Positions 12,946 to 27,300 of a stretch of 64,000 nt of DNA are shown here, piece after piece (the first letter of the stretch is position 1; each line of letters opens with the position of its first letter). The DNA is from Azolla caroliniana (taxonomy: Eukaryota > Plantae > Polypodiophyta), in assembly GCA_043228905.1 (NCBI GenBank), contig JBHGNT010000012.1:12214001-12278000 (forward strand). Reading direction: 5' to 3'. The position numbers and the translations under genes were made by a program. The notes under the pieces are model-generated. The model saw only the letters and a program-made list of their open reading frames with translations, was not told where the DNA came from and did not search any database.

Positions 12946-15900
12946 ACACCATACTGTTACCATAGTTATCGGATCTCGAATCACATCTCATATGTCTAGA
13001 GGGCTAAAGACGTCAGATGCCTTCTTGGTAAAGTTCTTCCAATCAAAATTTGAAGCATTCATTTTGCTTGTGTATTTTCTGAACCTCCTTATTTATATTG
13101 CATACCCACAACTTGCATCATGGAACAAGTTTTGAACGTTGTTGGAGAAATCTCAATGACCGAGACCTCTCAACTCCAATCCGCATCTCGCACACAAGCT
13201 GAGATCACTATTGAGAAATTGCTCACTCTGGGTATGAGTGCTATGTGCAGAAACATGTATGGATCGATAGTCGGTATTGGACAGAAAACAACACATACAA
13301 AAAATAGAATAGACATGGAGACTTACACAGATGGAGCTTTAATGGGAAGCTTCTTATTACTTCGTTCTTTCTCAGAGATTCAATACTTTGCTCGACATCA
13401 CTCATTACAATGTTAGGTATTTGCTTATATACTAAGCCCTAACTTATTAACGAGTTCACACTTGGGCGGATACAATTTGGAAGGAGTCGGCCTTTTATGA
13501 CAACAAACTCCCCCGTAAAAGGACTACTCTTTCTTGCATGTACAAGTTCTTGGGGTTATCTCCCTCGTAAACCTAGATTACAAATTTAACTAGATCTTAT
13601 GTTACAAGTCTGTTGGCAAGTAGCTGAGTCTGTAGAGGTATAGTATGAGTGTCGGTCAGCTCTTAGCATCTACTCCTCGTTCGGGTTTCTTCTACTCATT
13701 GCTTGTCGTAGCCTCATCTTCGTCCTTAGTGTTCCGAAGCGTTGATCTAGGAGTGGCTTCGTCAGGCAATCGACAATCTTCACCTCGGTGTCGATCTTCC
13801 GGACTTCGAGTTTCTTCTCAGTCACGAGCTCCCGGATATGATGATACCGCACCTCAATGTGCTTCGTCTTTGCATGGTAGATGGGATTGTTGATGAGGTG
13901 TATTGCGCTCTGTGAGTCGGAGTAGATAGTCGGCATTGGTCGGTCTATTCGGTTTGCAGTTCTAAAGTCGGTAGTTAGTCGGTGCAACCAGATTGCTTCC
14001 TTCGCTGCTTCCGATGCTGCTACATACTCTGTGGTAAACAGAGTCGTGCACTCTTGAAGTTTTGACCTCCATGATATCGCACTGCCACCATAGGTGAAGA
14101 TGTAGCCTGATGTTGATTTCCGATTATCTACATTTCCGGCATAGTCGGAATCGGTGTAACCTTCGACTTCGGTTGAGGTTGTCAGTCTGAAAGTCAGTTG
14201 TGCATCCAGGGTTCCTTTTAGATACCTAAGGATGTGCTTGACAGTGTCCCAATGCTTCTTTCTTGGGTTTGACATGTACCAGCTAACCACCCCTACGACA
14301 TAGGCTAGGTTGGGTTAGGTTGCCAGCATTGCATACATGATACTTCCTACTGCCGATGAGTAGGGTATTTTTCCATTAAGTTCTCTCTCCTTGTCCGTTG
14401 CAGGAGAGTCTCTATTCGATAGTCTGATCGATGTCGGAAGCGGTGTCGGTGCTAGCTTCACATTCTCCATGTTGAAGCGCTTCAGCACCTTGCGGATGTA
14501 TTCGGACTGGGAGATTCAGAGAGTTTTGGTCATCCGATTTCCCTCTATCCTCATGCCCAGTATGTGTCGGGCTTGTCCGAGTTCCTTCATCACGAATTTT
14601 GCGTGAAGGCTCCACTTCAGCTTACCGATCTCTGCTTGATTTCTCCCTACAATCAACATATCGTCGACATATAGGATCAGATAGATCCTTGACTCGTCGG
14701 CTAGTTGCCGAACATACATGCATGGGTCGGAGTTTGATCTGTTGTATCCAAGTTACCGTATGTAGGAGTCAAAGTTCTGGTACCACATTCTCGGCACTTG
14801 TTTTAGGCCATATAGACTTTTCTTTAGTCGACATATGAGGTGACCGTACTCCCCCATCGTTGTGAAGCCTGCCGGTTGTAATATGTATATATCTTCTTCC
14901 AGATCTCCATGTAGGAATGTCGTCTTTACGTCCATCTGCTCGAGCTCTAGATCTTCTGTCGCCACGACTCCTAGTAGGAATCGGAGGGTGGTCATCTTTA
15001 CTACTAGTGAGAATATCTCGTCGTAGTCGGCCCCATATTCTTGTTTGAATCCTTTCACAACAAGCCGAGCTTTGTAATTGGGTTTCTCTGAGTCGGATAC
15101 CTATGTGTATCAGAACCACCCATTTGCAAGGTAGCGGCTTTCTTCCTGCTGGTAGTTCGACCAGCTCCCATGTCTGGTTCTGATGAAGTGAGTCCATTTC
15201 GGATTTCATGGCTTGCAGCCATGTTTCAGCGTCCGGTGGGGCCATAGCTTTGTCATACGTGATTGGTTCGCCTACATCCGTGTCGTTGACATAGTCGAGG
15301 CCCAGTTGATAAAACTCTGTTGGCCTTCGAGCTCGTCCAGATCTCCCGGGTGCCGTAATATCTGGTTCGGATCCTTCGATCGGTATTTCTTGAATCAGTT
15401 GTGTCAGGAGTTTTGTGAGGTGTCCCACCCCCGGTTTGGGATTTTGGCGGTGTCTGGTTTTCCTCCCTTGTGGTTGTCGTCGACTCTTTTCTAACTTGTC
15501 TCTTGGTGACTTTGCCTGTATCGATCCTTGTCGATTCGGCTGTGTCTTTGAAGACTTTGTCTTTGAGTTCGACGATAGGACTTGTTGCCGATTCAGTGTC
15601 AGCAGGGAAGTTGGCATCTTGTTGGAGTTCGACTATTTGCCGCGTCTCCGATTTGTCCCGGTTGGTCAGTCCTTCCATGATAGTGTTGTCATCTTCGAAG
15701 GATACCTTCTTACCAACTGTTTTCTGTCAGTTCCGCTGAGAGAAGATAGAGTCTTCATTGAAGACTACGTCACTACTCCGGATCAATTTCCGGTTCTCAG
15801 GGTACCATAGTTGGTAGCCGAAGTCCCCATCAATTCCATAACCGAGAAATATGCACTTTGTTGCATGGTGTGCCAACTTCGTCCTTGTGTCACAGGGGAT

Positions 15901-18900
15901 GAATGTGTAGGCTTCGCATCCGAATATACGGAGCCTATTGTAGGTCGGTTGTTTTCTTGACCATAGTTCTTGTGGCACTTCGATCCTGATTACTCTTGAC
16001 GGCACCAGATTTATCAGGTACACTGCCGTTTGCAATGTCTTGGCCCAGAATTCCAGCTTCAGTTCGGCTTGCTGGAGCATTGCTGTCACCCTCTCTTGGA
16101 TCGTTCGGTTGATCCTTTCAGCCACCCCATTCTGCATAGGTGTGTAGGGAATGGTCTTTTGCTGTCAAATCCCTTTTCCAGACAGGTACTCTTTGAAGGC
16201 TCTGGAGGTGTACTCACCTCCGTTGTTGGATCGGAGTGTCTTCACTCTATATCCCGACCGGTTCTCCACTTCAGATATCCATCGAGTGAAGACCTCGAGC
16301 ACTTCATCTTTGGACTTGATGGAGTATGCCCAAAATTTCCGTGTACAGTCATCTACGAATGTGATGAAGTACTAGGAGCCTCCTAGTGATCGCTCTAGCA
16401 TGGGCCCACATATGTCTGTGTGCACGAGCTCTAGGGGTTATCGTACCGTCTTGTAGGGGAGAGAGTGTGGACTTCGGGTCTATTTCCAATATAGACAATG
16501 CTCGCAGAAGTCCCTCTTCGCTTGGAGTTTCAGGATGTAGCCAACCGACATCAGCCGATCAAGTCTGGCTTGTGACATATGGCCAAGTCGACCATGCCAT
16601 AGGTTCGGTTCGGTCTTTTCGGCTACGTTCACAACCCCTTTAGGGTTGATCACCATCAATGGGTATAGATTATTATACTTGTGCCCACTACTGATTTTGA
16701 GGTTTCCTCGGCTGATCACCCACGTCAACTCGTGTAGAGTCCTTTGATACCCGTCTTCAGCTACCATGCCGATGGAGACTAGACTCCTCTTTAGATCGGG
16801 TACGTGCCAAACTCGGTGTAGGGTTATTGTGTTGCCATTTGGAAATCTGATCGAAACCTCCCCAGTTCCGGCTATCTTGCACTCCTGCCCGTTGCCTAGT
16901 CGGACTGTGCCGCTGGTGTCGGTTGAATAGTTTGAAAACCATTCGATGTTGGGGGTCACGTGAAATGTGGCACCATAGTCTAGTAGCCACGTATGTGCAG
17001 CTTCTACACTATAGAGGACTTCTCCGATCATCGAATCCTCTAGGGAGAGGATATCTCTAAATTGGGTGTCGGCAACATTGATCTAGTTGCCGACTGGAGA
17101 GTGGTCCGAGTCGGAACGTCCCCGATTCTGCTCGGATCGCCGACCAGTGTCTTTTCTTTTTATTGACCCCGTCGGAAACATTGTGGCCAGCTTTCTTGCA
17201 GTGTGTGCAGTACTCACTTGTTCGGCCCATTCTCCACTTCGATCGTTGTCGGTCACCCTTTGTTTTCGATCAACTGTAGCGTCGACCAGTTCTATCGGCT
17301 TGTTCTTTCGTTCGACTCTGTCGGTTGAACGACTCGGTCAAGTGATGGGCTTCTACCGACTCATCGATGGTTAGTCCAATCGATTTTCGCCTGATGTCTT
17401 GTGTGAGGACTTGGCCGGTTGTTTCGTCCAGATTTAGGATCAGTTGGTTATTGGCGTAAGTTGTACAGAATACCTCCCAACTCGCCAGCAAGCTCAATAG
17501 GAGGGCAAGGGCTCTCAGTTCTTCTTCGAAGTTGATCCCTTGTGACGAGAGCTCAGACAACACCCGACTGAAGGTGTTGATGTGGGAGGTTGCCGGATCA
17601 GTCTCTTTTATCTTCGTGTTGAACAATTATTTGACCTGTTGATTTCTAACCTGTTCTTTTCTTTCAGCTTCTTTTGGTGTTTGTTGCCGCCAAACAACAA
17701 TGATTCTGGTCGGGTACTAGTTGTGGGTACGAGTGCTATGTGTGGAAACGTGTATGGATCTGTAGTCGGTATTGGACAGTAAACAACACATACAGAAAAT
17801 AGAATAGACATAGAGACTTACACAGATGGAGCTTTAATGGAAAGCTTCTTATTACTTCGTTCTTTCTCAGAGATTCGATACTCTACTCATCATCACTCAT
17901 TACAATGTTAGGTATTTGCTTATATACTAAGCCCTAACTTATTAACGAGTTCAAACTCGGATGGATACAATTTGGAAGGAGTCTGCCTTTTATGCCAACA
18001 CTCATACTACCTTAAATCAATTGGCCGAAATGAGGCGGGCCAATATGGCATTGGAAAAGAAATTCCAAGAATTGACTATTGAGTCGAAGTAAGAAGGTGA
18101 GCCTTCTTTCGTAGTAACGTCATTCAAGGGAGATAAGAAAGAAAGAACTGAGGAGGCCATTAGCACTTGGATTGGTCGTTAGGAGTCTCACTTTGAGCTC
18201 CACCCCAAGCCCAATGCTGTAAAAATTGGTTACGTCGCTCGTGAGTTAGGTGGCCGAGTTGCTGCTTGGTGGTGCGGCCTAAGGACTGCAAAGAACTTAC
18301 CCACAACTTGGGAAGGTTTCGTTGTTGTTTTTAAGAAATAGTTTTTGCAGCCACCTTCTCAAACTGAACAAGCGCAACACTTGTTCACGTTGTCGAGTAA
18401 GCCATTTACCTCTCTTGAGGATTATGTGCATCATGCTTGGACCGAGATCCAAAAATTGGGACTTAGGGGTGAGAAATGGTTTGTTTCTTGCTTTTTGAAT
18501 GGTATTCCTAATGGGGATTACCATTAGATTGTCCATGACAAGAACCCCACAACTTTCGAGGAAGCCGTCAACATTGTACTTCGGTACCATAAGACTTCCA
18601 AGAAAGACCACAATAAACCCGAGTTCGCCAAAACTCTGAATGTCAAGTTCATTGGGAAATGTAAGCAATCCAATGACACCCTTGACCTCGACTCCAAGAA
18701 ACCGAACATCTTCTGTGCATATTGCAAGAAGCGGGGCCACACAAAGGATACTTGTCGTCGTCTTGAAAGGAAGTCAATGAACACCCCCCCCTCCTCAAGA
18801 CAAATCCAAGAGTCACACAGGTGAGTCTGTTGATGTTGTTGAAGTTCATATCAACCACTTAAGTTCATGTGAATGCACTTTTCCTTCACATTTACTTGGA

Positions 18901-21900
18901 CCTAATGATTTACTCCGACCAATCGGGTATATCAATGGAACACGAGCACATTTCTTGTTTGATTCCGGTAGTTCTCAAAATTTTCTTAATGATCACTTTG
19001 TGCAGCAAATGGAACTCCACATAAACGCAAGTGATCATATATATCAAGTTCACATGGCAAATGGGAGGGAGGCTTCAATACATCAGTGGCATTGTTTTTC
19101 AACTACCAATTCAAATAGATACCTATTTGGAGAACCTTGACTTTCATGTTATGAAACTACAATCCGCATATGTCATTTTAGGATACCATTGGTTTTCTAA
19201 TAAAAAACCTTCTTTGTCCATTGATTGGGTTAATCACTCAATCACATTTGAACTTAATAATTGTAAACATTTTATTCAATGTTCCAAATTTCCTTCTCAT
19301 TCACTTGTGTCTTCTAAATCTTTAAGTGAGTATTGACGCCACATCATTACCAAATTATAGTAAAACACCTTGGGGTGTGCCAGTTCTACTAGTAAAGAAG
19401 AAGGAAGGTTCATGGCGGATGTGTATCAATTACGCCGTTTGAATAAAATGACAATTAAAAATGCATATTCGTTACGTCATGCTGATGATTTGATTGATCG
19501 TTTGCATGGGGCTCGATATTTTACAAAAATTGACTTACAAACAAGTTATCATCAGATTCGCATTGCCGACGATGATATTCCTAAAACTGCTTTTCCTATG
19601 CGCTATGGCCATTATGAGTTTTTAGTCATGCCTTTCGGGTTGACTAATGCTCCAGTCACATTCCAACAAGCGATGAATGACATTTTCTGAGATCAACTCG
19701 GTGATTTTGTTGTCGTCTTCTTAGATGATATTTTGATATATAGCCATACCTTGCAAGATCATGTTCAACATGTTCAATTTGTTTTGCAAAAGTTGCGTGA
19801 CAACTCTTTCTATGCAAAACATTCAAAATGTAATTTTTTCCAAAAATCTATTGTGTACCTAGGTCTTTTAATTACGGAAAATGATGTTGAAATTGAACCT
19901 TCTCATATTGAAAAGGTTAAACTTTGGCCCATTCCTCGTAATATTCGTGAACTGTAATCATTCTTAGGGTTTGTTGGATTTTTACAAAAATCAATTCGTA
20001 ACTATTCCAAATTGACTACGCCATTAACTGACCTTTTAAAAGGTCATCCACATAAGTCTGTCAAACCAATTGCATGGAATGAACAACTTGACAAATCATT
20101 TGAGACACTAAAAGAGCATGTGTGTCAGGTTCCCACTCTTCTATGACCGGACCCTTCTAAGCCTTTCTTAATCGAAACCAATGCTAGTGATTATGTTATT
20201 GGTGCCTTTCTTTATCAAGGCGGTCACCCTATTGCTTTTGAAAGTAAGAAGCGTGATGCTACTCAATCTCGGTATTCGGTTCAAGAGAAAGAGTTGTTTG
20301 CGGTAATACATGCACTTAAAACATGGAGGCACTATCTCTATGGAAATAAATTTGTGGTTACAACAAACCATCAATCATTGAAGTATTTTTGTGACTAGCC
20401 AGATCTTGTTGGTCATAAAGGCTGTTGGGCTGACCTTATGCAAGATTTTGATTTTTCCATACAATATCGCAAGGGTTCTATGAACACTGTTGCAGATGCT
20501 CTTAGTTGCATTAAAGAAGTTAACATGCTTAGCTTCAAGGAAATAAAATCTAATATTTTAGATCACCTTCGACAGAAATACCTTGATGATAGTTATTTCT
20601 CAAAATACTAGACGAAAGCCAAATTTGGTTTAGATGCCATTACTAGCACCCTACCCTCGAAGGCGACCTTTCACATTACAACATTACAAACAATTTTCTC
20701 TACCATAGTGGAAAGGTCTGTGTTCCAGATTTACCAAACGTAAAATAAAAAATTCTTCATGAATGTCATGATGCAACATCTGCTGGTCATCCTGGAATAC
20801 AACGCACACTCGTTCTCATCTCCAGTACCTTTTTTTGGCCTAAGATGCGCTCTGACGGGCATAAATACGTAACTCAATGCTTACAATGTCAGATTAATAA
20901 GTCAGAACTACTTAAATCTATGGGTCTTTTACATCCCTTAGATATTCCCAACAACAAATGGGAAAGTATCTCGATGGATTTTATTGTTAGTTTACCTCGT
21001 ACACAGAGTGGTCATGATGCCATTCGGGTTGTCGTTGACAGACTAACAAAATTGGCTAGATTTATTCCTACCAAAACCACAGTAACTGCTCAACAATTGT
21101 CTTATCAATTTGTTGATGAGTTATTTCGCCTTTATGGATAACCGATGGATATTGTTAGTGATCAAGATTCCAAGTTTACTAGTGACTTTTGGACTCAAGT
21201 CTTTAAGAAACTAGAAACTACGTTGAGCATGAGTTCCGCAGATCATCCTCAGTCTGATGGACAAACTGAAAGAGAATCAAATTATGGAGGACATGTTTCG
21301 AGCTTATTTAGCAAAACCCCTTCTAAGTGGGAGCAATACCTTCCTATCTTAGAATTTGCCTATAATAGCTCTAAAAATACATCCACTGGATATAGTCCTT
21401 TTATGTTGATGTATGGTTTTCAGCTACGTGCCCCAATTGATGTCATGATTCATCGTGATACATTAGACAATACACAATTTTTTGCAAGACAGGAACCAAA
21501 TGTTGCATATTACCAAAAAGAATGTCAAGACAGCTCAAGATTGTGCTCAATTTTATGCTGATCAGGATAGCCGTCCTCGTGCATTTACTATTGGTCCAAA
21601 AAAAATTGTGTGTCCGTACTGACTCTACTTCATTGTCTATGGGCAAGTGCGCTAAGTTAGCCCCACGATATTGTGGCCCATTTGAAATCCTTAAGCGGGT
21701 TGGGTTATCTGCTTATCACCTTGCCTTACCCCGTAACGTTGGTATTCATCCTGAATTTCACGTCAGTCATCTAAAACCATTTTTAGGCTCTAGTGATAAC
21801 ACCATCACAATCCAAGATCATGTAGCATTAGAGGATTTTTCTTACAAACCTCATGTTCCTGCACGAATTCTTGATTCTTGTACTAAACTTTTACGTTCTA

Positions 21901-22420
21901 AAGAGATTTGGCTATTCAAGATCAAATGGATGGATAAACCTATTGATGATGCCACATGGGAATGCGAGCATACTCTTAAGGCACAATTTCCTCACTTTAT
22001 ATTGCAAGAGTGCAATCTTTTGAAGTAGGGGAGTATGTTATGTACACATAACGTTGGTGAGGGTAGGTTACTAATATTTACATTAGTGAAGGGTATGTTC
22101 ACTAATGTTTAAAAGGGGACTAATGATTGGATAGAAGGAATGATAGGTGCATGCACTATCATGATTTGGACAACCAATGAATGGAGAGCCTTTTAGAAAG
22201 GCACATCTATTCAAGGGGCCTAGGAAAAGGTATAAATATGAGGCTTAGCTACCCTCATAAGGACATTACGTCATAAGGCTACTGTCTTAGACACCGGTGG
22301 TGCAGGGTAGGCTTTCATCTCGATGATCGTGTTTATCGTTTCCAAGGTATTAGTCATCCTAATATCTGGTGGTATGGGACGTCAGTGGTAGGTTGGCTAT
22401 GTCTAGATCATAGCTTAACA
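12946..22420 (+). mobile_element. Second chromovirus (5'-truncated): gag, pol, PPT and 3' LTR at 22036-22420, interrupted by a Copia
   Basis: 5' UTR at 12946-13000 is homologous to 52308-52365. Gag with CAYCKKRGH knuckle at ~18715; protease FDSGSSQNF; [15 protein letters not shown]; integrase [13 protein letters not shown]; chromodomain ending at 22028; PPT GAAGTAGGGGAG. Confidence 0.88.
13227..18000 (-). mobile_element. Full-length decayed Ty1/Copia element, LTRs 13227-13505 and 17722-18000
   Basis: ~279-bp LTR pair; TSD CTCAC/CTCAT; PPT GGGGGAG next to 13505. Gag, protease (WLLDYGATFHV), integrase (QNGVAERINRTI), RT (YVDDML) and RNase H (TDSDYAG) in Copia order. Confidence 0.92.
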
Positions 22421-23166
22421 TATCTCCTCGAGCCTTGTGCTCCTAGCACTATTCCACATCGTATTGTGCCACCTCCACCTGTCGTTCAACTCGATGATGG
22501 CCCGGAATATGAGGTTGTAGCTATCCTTGATTCCAAGATCATCCCCCATAAGCTATATTAGTTGGTGGATTGGCTTGGATACGGTCCCAATGATTGTACT
22601 TGGGAGCTTGTCGACAACGTTACTAATACCTCAGACACTTGTGGATGCCTTCCATCGCAAGTATCCGGAAAAACCTAGCCTTCCATCCCAGGCGACTCAT
22701 GGCACTCGTCACTTTAAGAGGAGGGATTGTGTCATGAATACTGGTCATGCCAAAGCTTGAACCCTCGACCCTCACACTCATCTCATAGCACCTTACCTAC
22801 TGGGTAATTTAGATTATGTGGTAATTATTCATGTCATTATTAAGAGATGTATACATACAACATTATAGAACGCTCTAGAACATTATGGAACATTCTGGAA
22901 AATTTAAGGAAACTCATTAAGGGATGACACATGGCATTGCTTGCTCTTTCATGCATCATCACCTACTCCTATAAATTGAAGCCCCTCACTATTTTCAAGT
23001 CATTCCGGTTCAACACCAGTCTCAAGACCTCTAGCCTACATTATAAGCCAGTCTCTTAATTCTCTAGTTGTAACATTCTCTCTTTATAATAATAATATCT
23101 CCATTCTACTTCTTCTGCATATCCCTATCCTTTTCTCTTGTTCGTTGTCGTGTGGTTTTTCACACA
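22421..23166 (+). mobile_element. Tcn1-like chromovirus 3' end: integrase tail with group-I chromodomain, PPT and LTR (~22730-23166)
   Basis: Frameshifted SLLEP...PPPVVQLDDGPEYEVVAILDS...LVDWLGYGP...TWE...VDAFHRKYPEKP, then AAGAGGAGGGA and TGTCATGAA. The Tcn1 assignment is an inference from the chromodomain type. Confidence 0.75.
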
Positions 23167-23499
23167 CGATATGAAAACTATGTAGAAAAATAATGAAATA
23201 ATGATTTTAGATTAGATTAGTAGCTTGTTATAGAAATATGGATGTACTCAAGAGCTTTAAAACGTATTTCACTACATACAAAATGGAAGTTATGAGAACA
23301 TGGAGTTTGAGAAGATAGGGAAAATAGAACTATGATTTACCCCACATAGATAGGAAACTTTTGACCCTGGCTATATAAGCACATTGAGATCCCTCATTTT
23401 TCATTTGTGCTAAGAGCACTTTGGCCACTTTGTCTACAAGGATGAATGTGGCCAAGTTCCCAAAAACTGATTGGAAATAAAATGGAACCGCCCGGTAAT

Positions 23500-23730
23500 G
23501 AAATCAGAACCGGAACCGGCCGGAAAGCAAACCGTAACCAGTCGGTAAGCAATCCAGAACTGGTCGGTAGCAATCCAGAACCGGCCAAAAAGCAAACCGG
23601 AACCGGCCGGTAAGCAATTCGGAACCGGCCGGTAAGCAAACCGGAACCGGTCGGTTAGCAATCCGAAACCAGTCGGTTAGCAAATCGGAACCGGCGACAT
23701 CGGCAATCAGCTGGTGTCGGAAACCGGGCG
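23500..23730. repeat. 22-bp minisatellite (AAACCGGAACCGGCCGGTAAGC), ~9 degenerate copies
   Basis: Periodic CCGGAACCGG cores are directly visible. Confidence 0.85.
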
Positions 23731-24059
23731 GATCCGAGAACCGGTGACCGGACGAGGCTAGACGTGGACCGGACGGATTGGATGGGCGACGATCGAGACG
23801 GACAGTTGATAGGATCATGTGGCTAATTAAAGTAAAGTAAAGGAAACTAAAGTAAAGGTCATGTGGATGGTCGCATGCAGCTAAAAATGGATGCAACTAA
23901 AAGTAGAGGCCAATGCAACTAAAAGTGGACATGCAAAGTAACATTGAAGGTGATGAACAGAGAACTCCATATAAAATTCCAATTTTTTTTCCTATACTGA
24001 GGCTCTCTCAAATTTTATTTTATTTTCCTTCTCAGCTCCCTTATCTTATTGAAGTCATA

Positions 24060-24240
24060 ACACTCAAAAACCCTAACTTTCCCTATAGAAGCGATATCTC
24101 TCATAAACCCTAATTTCCTTACGGAAGCCAAAAACCCTAATTTTCCTTACAGAAGCCATAAACCCTAATTTTCCCTATGGAATCCATATCTCTCAAAAAC
24201 CCCTAATTTTTCTTTTCTATTAAACTTAGTAAACCTAAAC
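24060..24240. repeat. AAACCCTAA-containing ~30-40-bp repeats
   Basis: Five to six copies of AAACCCTAATTTTCC-like units. Confidence 0.7.
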
Positions 24241-24399
24241 TTCTGAATCCCAATCTTGGGACATATTGCAATTTCTTTTCCTTTGCTAATGAAAAATTAT
24301 TAAATTTCTTCTTTCCATTAATTGTTAAAAAATATAAACACACGAATGTGATATCCGAGGTCCTGCCTCAAGTTCACGTGTCCTCGTCGTATTTTCGCG

Positions 24400-27300
24400 A
24401 CACTGTGTGCTCACATTGACGACCCCTACGGCATATGCAGGATCGGGTTGGCTCGCCACCATCACGTACATGATACGTGCTACTGCCGATGCGTAGGATA
24501 TATTTCCATTGAGCTGTCTCTCCTTATCTGTCGAAGGAGAGTCTTTGTCCGATAGTCAGATCGACGTCGGAAGTGGTGTTGGTGCTAGCTTCATGTTCTC
24601 CATGTTGAAGTGTCTCAGCACCTTTCGGATGTAGTCGGACTAGGAGAGTTTTCGTCGTCCAATTTCGCTCGATCCTCATGCCCAATATATGTCAGGCCCT
24701 TCCGAGTTCCTTCATCACGAACTTTTTGTGAAGGCTCCGCTTTAGATTTCCGATTTTGGTTTGATTGCTCCATGTAATCAGCATGTCATCGATGTATAGG
24801 ATCAGATAGATCCGGGACTTGTCACTCAGTTGCCAAGTATATAAACATGGTTCGGAGTCGGACCGGCTGTACCCGAGTTTTTGGATGTAGGGGTCGAACT
24901 TCCAGTACCACATCCTCGGCGCTTGTTTTTTAAGTCATAGAGGCTTTTCTTCAATTGACATACGAGGTAACTTTCCTCCCCCATCGCCGTGAAGGAATGT
25001 ACACATGTAGATGTCTTCATCCAGGTCTCTGTGTAGGAATGTTGTCTTTACGTCCATCTAGTTGATACGATCTCGAGTAGGAGTCGAAGGGTGGTCATCT
25101 TGACTATTGGGGAGAAAATCTCATCGTAGTCAACCCCGTGTTCATTCTTGAATCCCTTCGCGACAACACGAGCTTTGTATTTGGGCTTCTTTAAATCAGA
25201 TAAATATTTGTATCAAAAGACCCATTTGTAGGGTAGCGGCTTTCTTTCGGTTGGTAATTCGACAAACTCTCACATTTGATTCTGTCGAATCGATTCCATC
25301 TCAAATTGCATGGCTTGTATCCATGTGTCGGCATCCGGTGCAACTATAACTTCTTCGTATGTGCTTGGTTAGCCTGCATGGTTTAGTTGACATAATTGAG
25401 GCCCGATTAAAAGAACTCTATCTTCTCCGAACTTGTCTGGATCTCCTGGGGGCTGTATTGATCGGTTCGGATCCTTCGATCGGCTCCGTCTTGGCATATG
25501 TTGAACCACTTATGTTAGGATTCCTGTTGGATGACTCACCCCTGTAATAGGAATTCGACAATGTCATGTCATCCTCCCTTGCTTCAGGATCGATTGACTT
25601 GGAGATAGGAGACTTAGCCGACTCATGTCGACTTTTCCCTTTAATTGTTTTGGTTGTGCCTTGTGTAGCCATGCGCCAGCATCCGGTACAGCTATAGCTT
25701 CTTCGTATGTGCTTGGTTCGCCTGCATTGGTGTAGTTGACGTAGTCGAGGCCCGGTTAATAGAACTCTATCGGCCTCCGAACTTGTCCGGATCTCCTAGG
25801 TGCCGTATTGCTAGGTTCGGATCCTTCGATCAGCTTTGTCGGTTGATTGGCATTTGTTGAACCAGTTGGATGACTCACCCTTGTAATAGGAATTCGATGA
25901 TTTCACTTCATCCTCCCTTGCTTTGGGATCGATTGACATGGAGATAGGAGACTTAGCTGACTCATGTCGGCTTTTCCCCTTAGTTTTTTTGGTCGTGGCT
26001 TGGTTGACCAGTATTGATCTTGTCAATCTCTTAGTCGAATCCATTTCGACTAGTGTATGTCTTGCCGATTCAGAGTCGATAGATGTATTATCGGCTTGGT
26101 GGAGTTCGATTGTTTGTAGAATCTCTGATTCGGCCCAGTGGGTTAGTCCTTCTACGACATCTTCATCAACTTCGAAGGATACCTTTTTACCAACTATTTT
26201 CTGTTGGTTCCTCTCAGAGGGAATAGAGTCTTCATTGAAGACTATGTCACTACTCTCGATCAATTTCCGGTTCTCTGGGTTCCATAGTCGATAGCCGAAT
26301 TCCCTATCAGTTCCATAACCGAGAAATATGCACTTTGTTTCATGGGGCGCCAACTTGGTCCTTTTCTCCCTAGGGATGAATGCATAGGCTTCACATCCAA
26401 ATATATGAAGTTTTTCATAGGTCGTCTCTTTGCATGACCATAGTACTTGTGGCACTTTGAGCCTAATTGCTTTCAACGATGATAGATTTATTAGGTAAAT
26501 GTCTATATGCAACACTTCAGCCCAGAACTCTAGCTAGTCCGGCTTGTTGGAGCATTACCGTCACCCTCTCTTGGATTGTTCGGTTGATCTGTTTAGCCAC
26601 TCCATTTTGCATGGGTGTTTAAGGAACGGTTTTTTTATGTTTGATCCCTTTGTCAGACAACTACTGTTTGAAGGCTCGGGAGGTGTATTCACCTCCGTTG
26701 TCAGGTCAAAGTGTCTTCACTCTGTATCTTGATTGGTTCTCCATTGTAACTGTCCACTAACTGAAGACCTCAACCGCTTTGTCTTTCGACCTAATCAAAT
26801 AGGCCCAGACCTTCCGTGTACAGTCATCTACAAATGTGATGAAGTATCGGGAACCACCTAGTGATCGTTGAGGCCTAGGCCCACATATGTCTATGTGCAA
26901 GAGCTCTAGGGACTATCGTATCATCTCATAGTGGAGAGAGTGCGAACTTCAGGTATGTTTCCCATATCGACAATGCTTGCAGAAGTCCATCTTCACCAGG
27001 AGTTTAAGAAGGTAGTTGACCGCCATTAGTCGGTCCTGTCCGACTTATAACATATGCCTGAGTCAGCCATGCCATAAGTTTGGGTCGGTCGTTTCATCTA
27101 CATTCACGACTCCTTCTGGATTGATCGCCACTATTGGATATAAGTTGTTGTACTTGTATTCGCTTCTGATCTTCAGATTTTCTCAGCTGATCATCCAGGT
27201 CGACTCATTGAGAGTCGTTCGTATCCATCTTCGGCTAACATGCCAATTGAGACTACACTCCTTTTTAGTGTGGGTACATGTTGGACTTGGTGTAGGATTA

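Noticed and set aside
24060-24240. Interstitial telomere
   Set aside because: AAACCCTAA units are separated by 20-30 nt spacers rather than forming a contiguous telomeric array.
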